This document shows positions 1 to 9,334 of a stretch of DNA of 64,000 nt, piece by piece. The DNA comes from Planctomycetota bacterium (lineage in GTDB: Bacteria; Planctomycetota; SZUA-567; H5-PLA8), in NCBI GenBank assembly GCA_045863855.1, contig BTVV01000014.1, positions 17,690 through 81,689 on the forward strand, in the 5' to 3' direction. How positions within the stretch are numbered: the stretch's first letter is position 1; every line of letters starts with the position of its first letter. The notes beneath the pieces were generated by a model, which saw only the letters and a list, made by a program, of their open reading frames with translations, ran no database searches and had not been told where the DNA came from. A program made the position numbers and the translations under genes.

Positions 1-1
1 C

Positions 2-331
2 GCCCAGCTTATCGTGCAACCCCAGAGGCTTGGTGCAGCGCCATTTAACCCCTGGATGGGTCTTAGCCGCTTCGCTGGCCATGACGGGGATATCCTGAGC
101 CGCATGCCGGCCGGGTGAGAGCATGTACGGATGCACGATCACTTCCGTCGCGCCTTCGCGTACGCAGGCTTCAAAGCCTTGGGCGATGGTCGGTTCCGCC
201 AATTCCATATGCGCGATCTGGACAATCAGGTCCGGGCGTTGCCGGCGCAGGATCGCGGCCACTTCTTCGAGCATCTTGTTCGCGGCTTCGCGCTTGGAGC
301 CGTGGTCGACGATCAGTAACGCGGTGGGCAT
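2..331 (-). CDS. cbiX: CbiX/SirB-family sirohydrochlorin chelatase, 3' end beyond window edge
   Basis: Not in ORF track. Manual translation from ATG at 331: MPTALLIVDHGSKREAANKMLEEVAAIL...AHMELAEPTIAQGFEACVREGATEVIVHPYMLSPGRHAAQDIP...PLGLHDKLG. HGS, ELAEP and GxH motifs of CbiX/SirB; GGAG-rich RBS upstream. Confidence 0.85.
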   Translation of the reverse strand, partial: MPTALLIVDHGSKREAANKMLEEVAAILRRQRPDLIVQIAHMELAEPTIAQGFEACVREGATEVIVHPYMLSPGRHAAQDIPVMASEAAKTHPGVKWRCTKPLGLHDKLG

Positions 332-378
332 GACTCGTGCTCCCTCCTCTTGCGCGTCGGCACCAGACTTCGGGCGCG

Positions 379-1374
379 CTATTTTTCGATCGTCACGTCG
401 TCACGATTGCCGTACTCGCGCCAGCCGCCGTAGTAATTGGAAACTTCGTAGCCCATCAACTGCAAGCTGAAAACCAGATGCGCGCTGCGCACACCCGACT
501 GGCAGTAGGCCCCGAGCGGTTCGGATTTTTGGATGCACGCCGCCCGCAAGAGCGCATGGATTTCCTGCGGCGTCTTCCAGACCCAGTAGCCTTGGTCTTT
601 GCTGTTGGGGTCCTTTTGGCGCGGGCTGACGGCATTGAGCAGCACATCGTAGGGCAAGTTCACCGCGCCGGGCACGTGCCCGCCCAGCTTGGCGCGCGTG
701 TCCTGGCCCATGTATTCGGCGTAACTTCGGGCGTCGAGCAGGGTTGTGATGGTCGGTTGGCCGGGGGCCGTCGGGCGCGGCCGGTAGCGCGCCAAGTCCT
801 CACGCGACAGCAGGCCCCTTGGACGATCCAGGGGTTTCCACGTTCCCGCCGCGGGCTTGTGCAGAGTGCGCGTCACGCGCCCTTCTTCGTCTCGCCACTT
901 AGGATAGCCGCCGTTCAGGATGGAGACCTGGTCATGCCCATAGGCCCAGAAGGTAAACCAGACGCGGGCCGCCTGCCGGCCGCCTTCGGCGTCGTAGACT
1001 ACGATCCGGCTGTTGGCCTGAATGCCGCAGGCTTCCGCCAGCTTGGCGATCGCATCGGGACCGGGCATGAAGTATGGAGGCGAGTCCGGCGCCTGGAGCG
1101 GGTCGGACTCGACGTTCTGAGCGAAGGGCAGATGCGTGAGTTCGAAGGCTTCGGCGGTGCGCGCGTCGATGAGCACTAAATTGGGATGGATCGGGGCCTT
1201 TTCGTCTTTGCCTAGCCAGAGCGCGAGCTGTTCGGTCTCGACCAATAGCTCCGCACGCGGGTATTCTGTGGGAGCGGCCGGTTCGCCGTGCGCCGGACGC
1301 GGGGAATCCTGAGCGCAGAGCCGTCCGGCCAGCAACAGGGCGCACACCCAAAGGCCGATCGTTCGTACCGTCAT
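379..1374 (-). CDS. Tandem-domain rhodanese / sulfurtransferase (SseA/MPST-like) with N-terminal signal peptide
   Basis: LIDAR, HLPFAQNV, VSILNGGYPKW, GHVPGAVN, active-site loop YCQSGVRS and C-terminal YYGGWREY. Likely start MTVRTIGLWVCALLLAG at 1374. Confidence 0.9.
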   Translation of the reverse strand: MTVRTIGLWVCALLLAGRLCAQDSPRPAHGEPAAPTEYPRAELLVETEQLALWLGKDEKAPIHPNLVLIDARTAEAFELTHLPFAQNVESDPLQAPDSPPYFMPGPDAIAKLAEACGIQANSRIVVYDAEGGRQAARVWFTFWAYGHDQVSILNGGYPKWRDEEGRVTRTLHKPAAGTWKPLDRPRGLLSREDLARYRPRPTAPGQPTITTLLDARSYAEYMGQDTRAKLGGHVPGAVNLPYDVLLNAVSPRQKDPNSKDQGYWVWKTPQEIHALLRAACIQKSEPLGAYCQSGVRSAHLVFSLQLMGYEVSNYYGGWREYGNRDDVTIEK

Positions 1375-1418
1375 CCGCGGGCCCCGGCGATTCGCGCTTA
1401 GGTTCATAATGGGTGGAC

Positions 1419-1971
1419 TTAAAACGTCATCACTTCCTTCGATTTCTTCTCGTACGATTTGTCGAGCTGCGCTTCGTAGGTCTTAATGAGTTCCTGGAGG
1501 TCGTCCTTGGCCTTCTGGATTGCGTCTTCGCTCACGCCTGCCTCGCCCTTGTTGCCTTCGATATGCTTCTGCGAATCCTTGCGGACGTTACGCAGCGCGA
1601 TCTTGTGCTGTTCGAGCCTCTCTTTAATCATCTTCACCGTCTGCTCGCGCCGTTCCTGGCTCATCGAAGGAAACGCGAGGCGGATCACTTTGCCGTCGTT
1701 CGAAGGGGTGATGCATGATCGCGCGCTCGATCTCTTTGATGGTCTTGGGATCGAAGGGCTTGATCGCCAGCATTGTCGCTCCTTGCTTGGAGACGACAGC
1801 GACCGACTTGAGCGGCACCAGTCCGCCAAAAGACGGAATATCGGCTTGCACGCCATCCAGGATCTCGACGGAGGCCTCGCCGGTACGCACACCCTTCAGG
1901 AAGTGCTCGTAATCGGCGTTCGTCTTGATCATGCGGTCTTCGGCGTCCAGCAGCACATCATCCAGCGTCAT
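1419..1971 (-). pseudogene. frr: Ribosome recycling factor, split by an apparent frameshifting deletion near 1713 (may be an assembly error)
   Basis: N-half in ORF 1624..1971 (VRTGEAS, IKPFDPKTIKEIERAIM) and C-half in ORF 1419..1892 (ITPSNDGKVIRLAFPSMSQERR...IALRNVRKD...KKSKEVM). Total 553 nt is not a multiple of 3. Confidence 0.9.
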
Positions 1972-2085
1972 GGGTCTATCCTCGGGACAGGTTCATCAAG
2001 CTGGTTTCATCTTATCCTTAGGGGAAGGCGCCCGCAACCGTAGCCGCTCTATGCGCCGAAGGGGCGCGCGCGTAGACTTTCCTCC

Positions 2086-4365
2086 ATGTCCGAACCCCGC
2101 ACGCTCTCCGATCCCGCGCGCGGCCGCGCCGGCCCGCGCGACGAGCGGCTCGCGCGTACCCTCCAGTTTTTCAAAGGCGTCGGGCCGAAGAAGTTCGAAT
2201 TGCTCCAACGGCTTTTGCTCGAGACCGTCGAAGACCTGCTCTTTTTTTTTCCGATTGACCACAAGGACCGCGCCAGCTTGACCCCTATCGACCGGCTTAC
2301 GCCCGGCATGGAGGCCAACGTACGCGCCCAGATTCTCGATCTGCAGGCCAAGACGATCTATCACAAGGGCAAGCATCGCGTCGAAGCCCTGCTGCGCGAT
2401 CCCAGCGGCGAAATTCGAGCCGTCTGGTGGAACCCGTATGTGGCCGACAAACTCAGTCAGAGCGCTTGGGCGTTCTTCACCGGCAAGGTGGTAACGAACA
2501 AGAAAGGCTTCCTGGAACTGGCCGGACCGGATTTCGAGATTCTGTCACGCGAAGAGGAAGACGACGATGCGCCGGCTCCGGTGCTGCCCCTTGCCGCCCA
2601 CGCGCTCACGCCCACCGCGCCGCCGCCGGTGGTGCAAGGACCGGATTTCGGGCGCATCGTGCCGATTTACAATCTGCGCCCCAAGCAGCGCCGCGCAGAC
2701 GGGACCGAAGCGCCCGAAGTGAAGCTCTCGCAGCCGGTGCTGCGCAAGCTCGTCTGGCAGGCGCTCGAGAGCGGCGCGCCGGATGCGCTGAGCGATGTCT
2801 TACCCGAGGCGCTCCAGAAGCGCCGTGGCTTGCCCGCGCTGCCCGAAGCGGTCCGGCAATTTCACTTTCCGCCCAGCTTCGAGCGCCGTGATGCCGCTCG
2901 CAAGCGCGTGGCCTATGATGAGTTGTTCCTTCTCTCGCTGGGCGTCGGCTTGCGCCGCGCGCAGGTCGCCTCGCGCACCGCGTCCAGGAAGCTGCCGGTC
3001 ACCGAGACGATTCGCAAGCGCATCAAGGCGCGGTTGCCGTTTCCGTTTACCGGCGCGCAGGCGCGCGCGTTCGGAGAGATCGCCGCCGACTTGGCTCGAA
3101 CGCAGCCGATGAACCGATTGCTCCAGGGCGATGTGGGTTCGGGCAAGACGGCCGTGGCCGTCGCCGGCATGCTCACCGCGGTTGCGCATGGCGCGCAGGC
3201 CGCGCTCCTGGCCCCGACCGAGATTCTTGCCGAGCAGCACGCGCGGACGCTTCATGCCCTGCTGGAAGGTTCGCGCGTCAACGTTGGCCTTCTGCGCGGC
3301 GGGCGGGCCAAGAAGCAGCGCGAGGTATTTCTCGAACGCCTGAGCACGGGGGACGTCCACATCGCCGTCGGCACCCATGCGCTCCTAAGCGACGAAGTGC
3401 GCTTCAAGGACTTGGCGCTGGTGGTCGTCGACGAACAGCACAAATTTGGCGTCGAACAGCGCATGGCGCTGCGCGCGAAAGGCTCCGCGCCTCACGTGCT
3501 GGTCATGACCGCTACCCCGATTCCGCGTACGTTGAGCCTGACGCTGTACGGCGACCTGGATGTTTCGATAATCGACGAGTTCCCCCCCGGCCGCGGCGAA
3601 GTGCTCACACGCTGGGTGAAAGAGGAAGACCGGCCCAAGGTTTACAAACTCATCATCGACGAATCGCGCAAGGGTCACGCTACCTACGTTGTGCTTCCGC
3701 GCATCGACGGCGACGCCGCGGAAAGCGTAGCGCCCGCGAAAAGCGGAAAGCTTTGGAACGAGATCAAAGGCGTCGAGGACGAAGTGAAGCGCCTGCGCGC
3801 GCATCTGCCCACTCTGCGTTTCGGAATGCTTCACGGGCGGTTGAGCGGAGATGAAAAGGATGCGGTGCTCAAGCAACTTCGCGGCGGCCAGATCGATGTG
3901 CTCGTCAGCACGCTCGTGGTCGAAGTCGGCATCGATTTACCCACCGCTACGGTGATGCTGATCGAAAGCGCGGAACGCTTCGGTTTGGCCAGCTTGCACC
4001 AGCTTCGCGGGCGCATCGGGCGCAGCGAACGCAAGAGCTACTGCATCTTCTTCGCCGAAACCGCGACCGACGACGCGGAGGAACGCCTGAAAGCGTTCGC
4101 GCGCACGCGCGACGGGTTCGAACTCGCCGAAGAGGATTTCAGGTTGCGTGGCCCTGGGCAGTTCTTCGGCACCGCGCAATCCGGTCTGCCCGAATTGAAG
4201 GTGGCCGATCTTTTTCGCGACCGCGAGCTGCTCATGCAGGCGCGCGAAGATGCTTTCGCGCTCCTCGCCCGCGACACGAAGCTCGCGCTGCCCGAACATG
4301 CCGGATTGAAGCAACGCGTGCGAGAACTGTTTGCGCAGCGCCTTGGGTTGGTGGATATGGGGTAG
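2086..4365 (+). CDS. recG: ATP-dependent DNA helicase RecG
   Basis: MNRLLQGDVGSGKT, VVVDEQHKFG, MTATPIPRTL, LHQLRGRIGR, DGFELAEEDFRLRGPG; N-terminal wedge domain. Confidence 0.98.
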   Translation: MSEPRTLSDPARGRAGPRDERLARTLQFFKGVGPKKFELLQRLLLETVEDLLFFFPIDHKDRASLTPIDRLTPGMEANVRAQILDLQAKTIYHKGKHRVEALLRDPSGEIRAVWWNPYVADKLSQSAWAFFTGKVVTNKKGFLELAGPDFEILSREEEDDDAPAPVLPLAAHALTPTAPPPVVQGPDFGRIVPIYNLRPKQRRADGTEAPEVKLSQPVLRKLVWQALESGAPDALSDVLPEALQKRRGLPALPEAVRQFHFPPSFERRDAARKRVAYDELFLLSLGVGLRRAQVASRTASRKLPVTETIRKRIKARLPFPFTGAQARAFGEIAADLARTQPMNRLLQGDVGSGKTAVAVAGMLTAVAHGAQAALLAPTEILAEQHARTLHALLEGSRVNVGLLRGGRAKKQREVFLERLSTGDVHIAVGTHALLSDEVRFKDLALVVVDEQHKFGVEQRMALRAKGSAPHVLVMTATPIPRTLSLTLYGDLDVSIIDEFPPGRGEVLTRWVKEEDRPKVYKLIIDESRKGHATYVVLPRIDGDAAESVAPAKSGKLWNEIKGVEDEVKRLRAHLPTLRFGMLHGRLSGDEKDAVLKQLRGGQIDVLVSTLVVEVGIDLPTATVMLIESAERFGLASLHQLRGRIGRSERKSYCIFFAETATDDAEERLKAFARTRDGFELAEEDFRLRGPGQFFGTAQSGLPELKVADLFRDRELLMQAREDAFALLARDTKLALPEHAGLKQRVRELFAQRLGLVDMG

Positions 4366-4388
4366 GCCGACGGTAAGGGGAACTCGCC

Positions 4389-6116
4389 ATGTCTGATTCG
4401 CGCATCGAACTTCCGATCGATTTCGGCCGCGCCGTCGTCGCCGGCATTCCGGGCATTCTCGAACATCAGCAGCCCGACGGAAGCATCGTTTACGATCCGG
4501 CCGCGCCGGTGGTGTATCCGCAGCAGGCCATTTTCCCGTTAGCGTATTGCTGGGCGGGACTGGCCCCGGATCGTGCGCACGAGAAGGACGAGAAGATTCG
4601 CGCGTGCATCGGCAGGCTGGGTGAGTACCTCGTCCAGCGCTTCAGCGACAAAGGCGAGTTTACGTGGGGCTCTTACGGCAACGTGGTCTGTGGCGTCGAC
4701 CAGCGTCTCACGTATGCGTGGACGGAGGGCCTGCGCCTGCTGCGCGAGGGTGGGGCCGATTTTCCGTACGACGCTTGGGGCAAGAAAATCGCGGCGGCGT
4801 GTGAAACGTTGATCGAGCACCGCCTGCGTAAGCTGGAGGGTGTGCGCCGCTTTGTCGGACGCGTAATGGGCACCAGCGCCAATCACGTCTCGCTGTACCT
4901 GACGACCCTCTACCGCGCCGGACAGGTGCTCGGCCGGCCCGATCTTTCCGAATACGCGCTGGCCATCGCGCGGAACTTCGCCGCAGACGTCCATCCCGAC
5001 GGCTACTGGGAAGAGCATGGCGATCTGCTTCGATCCGGCGGTCCGACGCCGAGCTATAACTATCTGACGCATTGCGCGATGAGCCTGATGTACGAATGGA
5101 CCGGCGAGTCTGTCTTTCGAGCTGCGATGGAACGTTCTTCCGCTTTCCACGGAAACTTCTGTTACCCCGATGCGCAGTTCCTCGAACTGATCGACGAGCG
5201 CGTGCGCCACGGCCATGGCGGGCGCATCTGGGGGCTCTTTGGGTTTTCTCACACGCCGTCCGGCCGAGGAGTCGCGCGGGCGCATTTCGCCAGTTGGCGC
5301 GCCCACTTGGCCGATTCGCGCAACGCCGCGCCCGAAGCGCTCGCACGCCACTGCGAAAACGCGCTTTACTGGCACAACGGCGATTACGCGCCGGCGCCTT
5401 TCGAGCGCACGGATCATCGCGCCACGCTTACCTTGCCCGCGGGCATCTTTCGCCGCGGAGACTGGTGCGTGGGGCTCAACGCCATGTGCGCGACTAACGC
5501 CGAAGATCCGGCTTATCGGGACAATCCGTTCGCGCTCGAAAAGCAGAAGCTCTTTTCCGTATGGCACGCTCGCGCAGGTTTGATCCTCGACGGGTCCCAC
5601 GCCAAAGGCCAGCCCGAAAATTCCACGTTCGCCACGGCGGCCGCTTACGCGCCGGACTACTGGCCATGCGGCGGCAGCGTTGGCGAAGAAGACGGGGCTT
5701 GGGTCGTGTACGCGGCGTACAAAACGTTCTTTGGCACGGCGGTTTTGCGTCCGATGAACGATCAGGCATTGCAAGTCCAGTTGAGCGTCGATCCGGCTGC
5801 CTCGCGCGGGCCTTTTGCCGCGGGCTTTACGTTCATTCCGGCGGAATGGCGCATTACTTCGGCCGCGGGCAAACAAGTCGATTGGGATCTGAACGAACCA
5901 TTCGAAGGCTCCGGCGCCGACTTAGGCGGCCGATTCCGCTGCGGCGCGTTCGAGATCGAGCTTCCGCCCGAGGCTAAGCTGATCTGGCCGTACCGCCCTT
6001 TTAATTCGTACGCCGCCGACCGTGCTTCCGGACCCAAGGCGGCGCTTGCGCGCGTCACGGTGGCTTTAAGTCCCGAGCGCCCTCGTGCAAACTTCGTTAT
6101 TCGCGTCCCGAATTGA
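4389..6116 (+). CDS. Hypothetical protein, possibly a helical barrel plus beta-sandwich carbohydrate-active fold
   Basis: 575 aa ORF with RBS, coding-like composition; NH...DGYWEE...GPTPSYN pattern resembles heparinase II/III-like proteins (weak). Confidence 0.6.
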   Translation: MSDSRIELPIDFGRAVVAGIPGILEHQQPDGSIVYDPAAPVVYPQQAIFPLAYCWAGLAPDRAHEKDEKIRACIGRLGEYLVQRFSDKGEFTWGSYGNVVCGVDQRLTYAWTEGLRLLREGGADFPYDAWGKKIAAACETLIEHRLRKLEGVRRFVGRVMGTSANHVSLYLTTLYRAGQVLGRPDLSEYALAIARNFAADVHPDGYWEEHGDLLRSGGPTPSYNYLTHCAMSLMYEWTGESVFRAAMERSSAFHGNFCYPDAQFLELIDERVRHGHGGRIWGLFGFSHTPSGRGVARAHFASWRAHLADSRNAAPEALARHCENALYWHNGDYAPAPFERTDHRATLTLPAGIFRRGDWCVGLNAMCATNAEDPAYRDNPFALEKQKLFSVWHARAGLILDGSHAKGQPENSTFATAAAYAPDYWPCGGSVGEEDGAWVVYAAYKTFFGTAVLRPMNDQALQVQLSVDPAASRGPFAAGFTFIPAEWRITSAAGKQVDWDLNEPFEGSGADLGGRFRCGAFEIELPPEAKLIWPYRPFNSYAADRASGPKAALARVTVALSPERPRANFVIRVPN

Positions 6117-6258
6117 GCGTATATTCCATCTATCGCGCAGGCTGTTCAAGGCCGAACAGCGTACGGAAAACCGCTACAGTTGGAAATTCGTTCCTGATTG
6201 CTTCCACAGGCCGCTTGGCTACTATGGATTCCGATTCGGACTTTGGGGCCGGCACCGA

Positions 6259-8403
6259 ATGAAATTCTACTTCTGCGAGAAGTGCGGTCAGCGCCTGACC
6301 GAGAACGATATAAAGCGCGGAGAAGCTCGCGATAAAAAGCTGCGTGGCGTGATGTGTTCGGGCTGCGCGGAAGGCGTCATGACGCTCGAAACGATGCCGA
6401 TGGATGAGGAGAATGCGCGGAAGATCCTTCAGCACGATTCTACAAGTGGCGCGGCCGCCGCAACTCCCGCATCACCTACCGCTCCGGTGGTGCGCAGCGT
6501 GCGCCGGACCACCGGTGCACAGCGCGTAATCCCGCCTACCGATCAACCGCGCCCAAGCGACAGCGGTCTGCGAGCAGGTCGCTTCAAGAGTCCCGCCACG
6601 CCCGCTGTCCCTGCTACTAGTTCCAAAGTACCGCTGGCGATCGCCGGGTTGGTCGTCCTGGCCGTGACTGTGTTGGCGGCCGTGCTCTTATCGGGTGGTG
6701 CGCCGCGGGAATCCGCACGCCCGCGCGAAACCTTGGTTGTCGAGACGTTCTCCCCGCTCCCAGCTCCGCATGCCACGATCCCGGCTCCGATCCGAACGCT
6801 TCCCGCGCCTGAAATCCCTGAGCCGGAAGTGGTGCCCGCGCCGGCGCCCGAAGCTCCCGCGCCAGAGCAGCCTGCGGAGGTAAACGAAGCACCGCCAACT
6901 CCGGTCGAATCTTCACCTCCGTCTGGAAATCCGCCCGCGGCAGCGCCGGAAGTTCCCAAGCCCGAAACGCCTGTCGCCGTGCCTGCAGATCCCGCACCTC
7001 TCGCGCCGGACTTGCGCGCCGAGACTTGGCCTTGGCATGAATTGCTGACGGCCTTGCAGGCCGAAAACCACGGTCGCGCACAAGCTTGGCTCGACGCACG
7101 CCCGGCCGCCGCGCCTGGATTGGACGACCTGCGCCTGTATTTCGAAGCTCGTGAAGCACGCCAGGTGGCCATTGTCGCGGCGCTGCAAGGGCGCGTGGGC
7201 CAGCCGATCGATCTGCCAACCGCGACCGGCCGCGTGAAGGGGACGCTCGTCGAGTTCAAAGAAAATACGCTGACCGTGGAACGTCCCATGATCGTGAACG
7301 GCGAGACGCGCGGTCAGTTTCGCACCGCGGTGGCGCTGAATCAGGTATCGTCGGAAGCGCGCGAGGGCTTCGCGGCGCCGACCGCGCTACCTGGCGATGC
7401 CGGTCGTATCTCACGCGTACTGGAGGCCTTCGCCGACAAGGATTTGGATGCGGCCGGCAAGGCCCTGGATGATTTTCCCGCTCATCCGTTGCACGCGGCG
7501 CTGGCCGACCTATTGAAGAAAGCACGAGCCGAGCGGCTGGAAGAAGAAGCGCGGACCGAGTGGGAGCGCTTGCGCGCCGAAGCCGAAAAAGCGCAGACCA
7601 TCGCGGTAGCCGACAAGTTGAGCGCCGAACTCAAGGCTTGGGACGCGCGCTTCGGGTCAACCGTATTCGCCAAGGACTATATGCGCCCCGAGGAGCGCGC
7701 GGCACTGAATGAACGTCTCGCGGGGGCCGGGATCGCCAACGATCCCCGGTTGCTTCAATTGTTCCGGGGGCGAGTGGTGAAGTTCGACCGCCAGACACTC
7801 GAGATCACGCTTCTGTACGACTTTCAGGAGCAGCGACAATGCGAAGACTTTTTGGGCACCTGGCATGACGGAGGCGATCAGACGGGCGCCCACTGGCGTA
7901 GAGGCTCAATCAAGCTGCTGGGCAAGGCCGTTTTCAGCCGCGTGCTGTGCCTGCCCTTCTTGCGCTCCCAAACCTTTTCGCTGGCCATGGACTTTAAGGA
8001 ATTGAAGGCGAGTTGGGGAAATAAGTTCATAGGGATCGGGTGCTTCGGACAAGAGACCGTTGGCAATGGGCCGTTCCACGTATTGGCTTTCGGCAAGGAA
8101 GGCTGGGCCTTGCAGGACTTGAACAACCGGCCTCTACACAAGGGGAGTTCAACACCGCCGCCTGAGAGTGGCCGGTTGGAGGTGGATTGCCGGGGAGGCC
8201 AGTATCGCCTCAAGTGCAACGGGCAGACCATGCTCGACAAAGCCGTTCAACCCAATGACCAAGTGGGCATCACCCTCGTCAGCGGCTGGGACACCTACAT
8301 TACGATTACGGCCCTGCAGGTTTCCGGCCGGCTCGATCCGGCTTGGGTGAAGCAGGCGCTCAACCCGCCAAAGCCAGCCGTACCATCGCCCACATCGAAA
8401 TAG
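6259..8403 (+). CDS. Membrane-anchored hypothetical protein with N-terminal Cys4 zinc-binding motif and Pro-rich linkers
   Basis: Start MKFYFCEKCGQR...CSGC at 6259; TM helix LAIAGLVVLAVTVLAAVLL; long Pro/Ala/Glu linker; helical and beta C-terminal regions. Confidence 0.75.
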   Translation: MKFYFCEKCGQRLTENDIKRGEARDKKLRGVMCSGCAEGVMTLETMPMDEENARKILQHDSTSGAAAATPASPTAPVVRSVRRTTGAQRVIPPTDQPRPSDSGLRAGRFKSPATPAVPATSSKVPLAIAGLVVLAVTVLAAVLLSGGAPRESARPRETLVVETFSPLPAPHATIPAPIRTLPAPEIPEPEVVPAPAPEAPAPEQPAEVNEAPPTPVESSPPSGNPPAAAPEVPKPETPVAVPADPAPLAPDLRAETWPWHELLTALQAENHGRAQAWLDARPAAAPGLDDLRLYFEAREARQVAIVAALQGRVGQPIDLPTATGRVKGTLVEFKENTLTVERPMIVNGETRGQFRTAVALNQVSSEAREGFAAPTALPGDAGRISRVLEAFADKDLDAAGKALDDFPAHPLHAALADLLKKARAERLEEEARTEWERLRAEAEKAQTIAVADKLSAELKAWDARFGSTVFAKDYMRPEERAALNERLAGAGIANDPRLLQLFRGRVVKFDRQTLEITLLYDFQEQRQCEDFLGTWHDGGDQTGAHWRRGSIKLLGKAVFSRVLCLPFLRSQTFSLAMDFKELKASWGNKFIGIGCFGQETVGNGPFHVLAFGKEGWALQDLNNRPLHKGSSTPPPESGRLEVDCRGGQYRLKCNGQTMLDKAVQPNDQVGITLVSGWDTYITITALQVSGRLDPAWVKQALNPPKPAVPSPTSK

Positions 8404-8442
8404 CTCCACAGACTTCCGTTCCATTAGCATTCACGGAGCCGC

Positions 8443-9222
8443 TTAGGTTTCGATTTCCGCCGGCGGAATAATGCCACGATACCCCAGCGCGCGGCTCATC
8501 GTGAGTGCGTGCGTAAGGAGCAGCGGCAGGATACGCGCGCGGCGCTGTGCATCGAAGCGTACGATCGGGCCGCTCAGGCCCAGTGACAGCTCGATCGAAC
8601 CGCCGGGCCCGAAGACCGGCACGCCCAGCGCGCCCATATGCTCGGCCGTCACTTGAACATTCTCGCCGAATCCGCGCGCGCGGACTTCGGCGAAGTGCGC
8701 GAGCAAAGCCGCTGCGCTTTGCGGGCTCTTCGGCGGCATCTGCGCGTAATCGATACTCTCGGCGTATGCTCGCTGAAAGGTTTCGGTCGCATACGCGTAC
8801 AGCAGTACGCCCGATGCCGAACAGTGCGGATAGGGCGAGGTTCGCGAGTGCTCGCGCACCGCCAGCACTTGGGGCGAATCCACCACCGCGAAGCGCACAA
8901 ACCGCCCGTTCACCAGCGCGCACGCGTCTAGCGTTTCGTGAAACTCCCGCACGATCCGCAGCATGTAGGGCCGAGCGAAGCGCTCCAACCGCGGCTGCGA
9001 GTCTGCATGATCGGCCAGCACGATCGCAAAGTGGCCGACACGGTAAGTGCGGGTCTGGTCGTTGAATTCCAGCATGCCGCGCTTGGCGAGGGTCTTGAGC
9101 AAGTTTTGAGCGGTCGGCGCTTTGAGGCCCGTCATGCGGGCCAGTTCGCGCACGCCCAGGCCTTCTTCGTTGCCGGCAACTGCGGTGAGCAGGTCGAGCG
9201 CTCGTTCGACGGATTGAATCAT
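8443..9222 (-). CDS. IclR-family transcriptional regulator
   Basis: MIQSVERALDLL...LGVRELARMTGLKAPTAQNLLKTL wHTH; SASG and RARGF...ALGVPVF...LGLSGP effector domain. Confidence 0.95.
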   Translation of the reverse strand: MIQSVERALDLLTAVAGNEEGLGVRELARMTGLKAPTAQNLLKTLAKRGMLEFNDQTRTYRVGHFAIVLADHADSQPRLERFARPYMLRIVREFHETLDACALVNGRFVRFAVVDSPQVLAVREHSRTSPYPHCSASGVLLYAYATETFQRAYAESIDYAQMPPKSPQSAAALLAHFAEVRARGFGENVQVTAEHMGALGVPVFGPGGSIELSLGLSGPIVRFDAQRRARILPLLLTHALTMSRALGYRGIIPPAEIET

Positions 9223-9334
9223 GTGTTCAACATTATTTATTAATAACAATATTGCAATACGATTCTTGCGAATCGAGCCTCCAATCGTTCAAAATAGAGA
9301 TCATAAGAATTCAATAATGAACAAGGAGAAGCTC
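9223..9334. promoter_or_regulatory. AT-rich divergent promoter region with candidate IclR operators
   Basis: Palindromes TATTGCAATA (9250-9259), CGATTC-TTGC-GAATCG (9260-9275) and TTCA-ATAA-TGAA (9310-9321) between divergent iclR and phyH-like genes. Confidence 0.45.

Noticed and set aside
1700..1725. Programmed ribosomal frameshift in frr
   Set aside because: No slippery heptamer, and conserved residues are physically missing.
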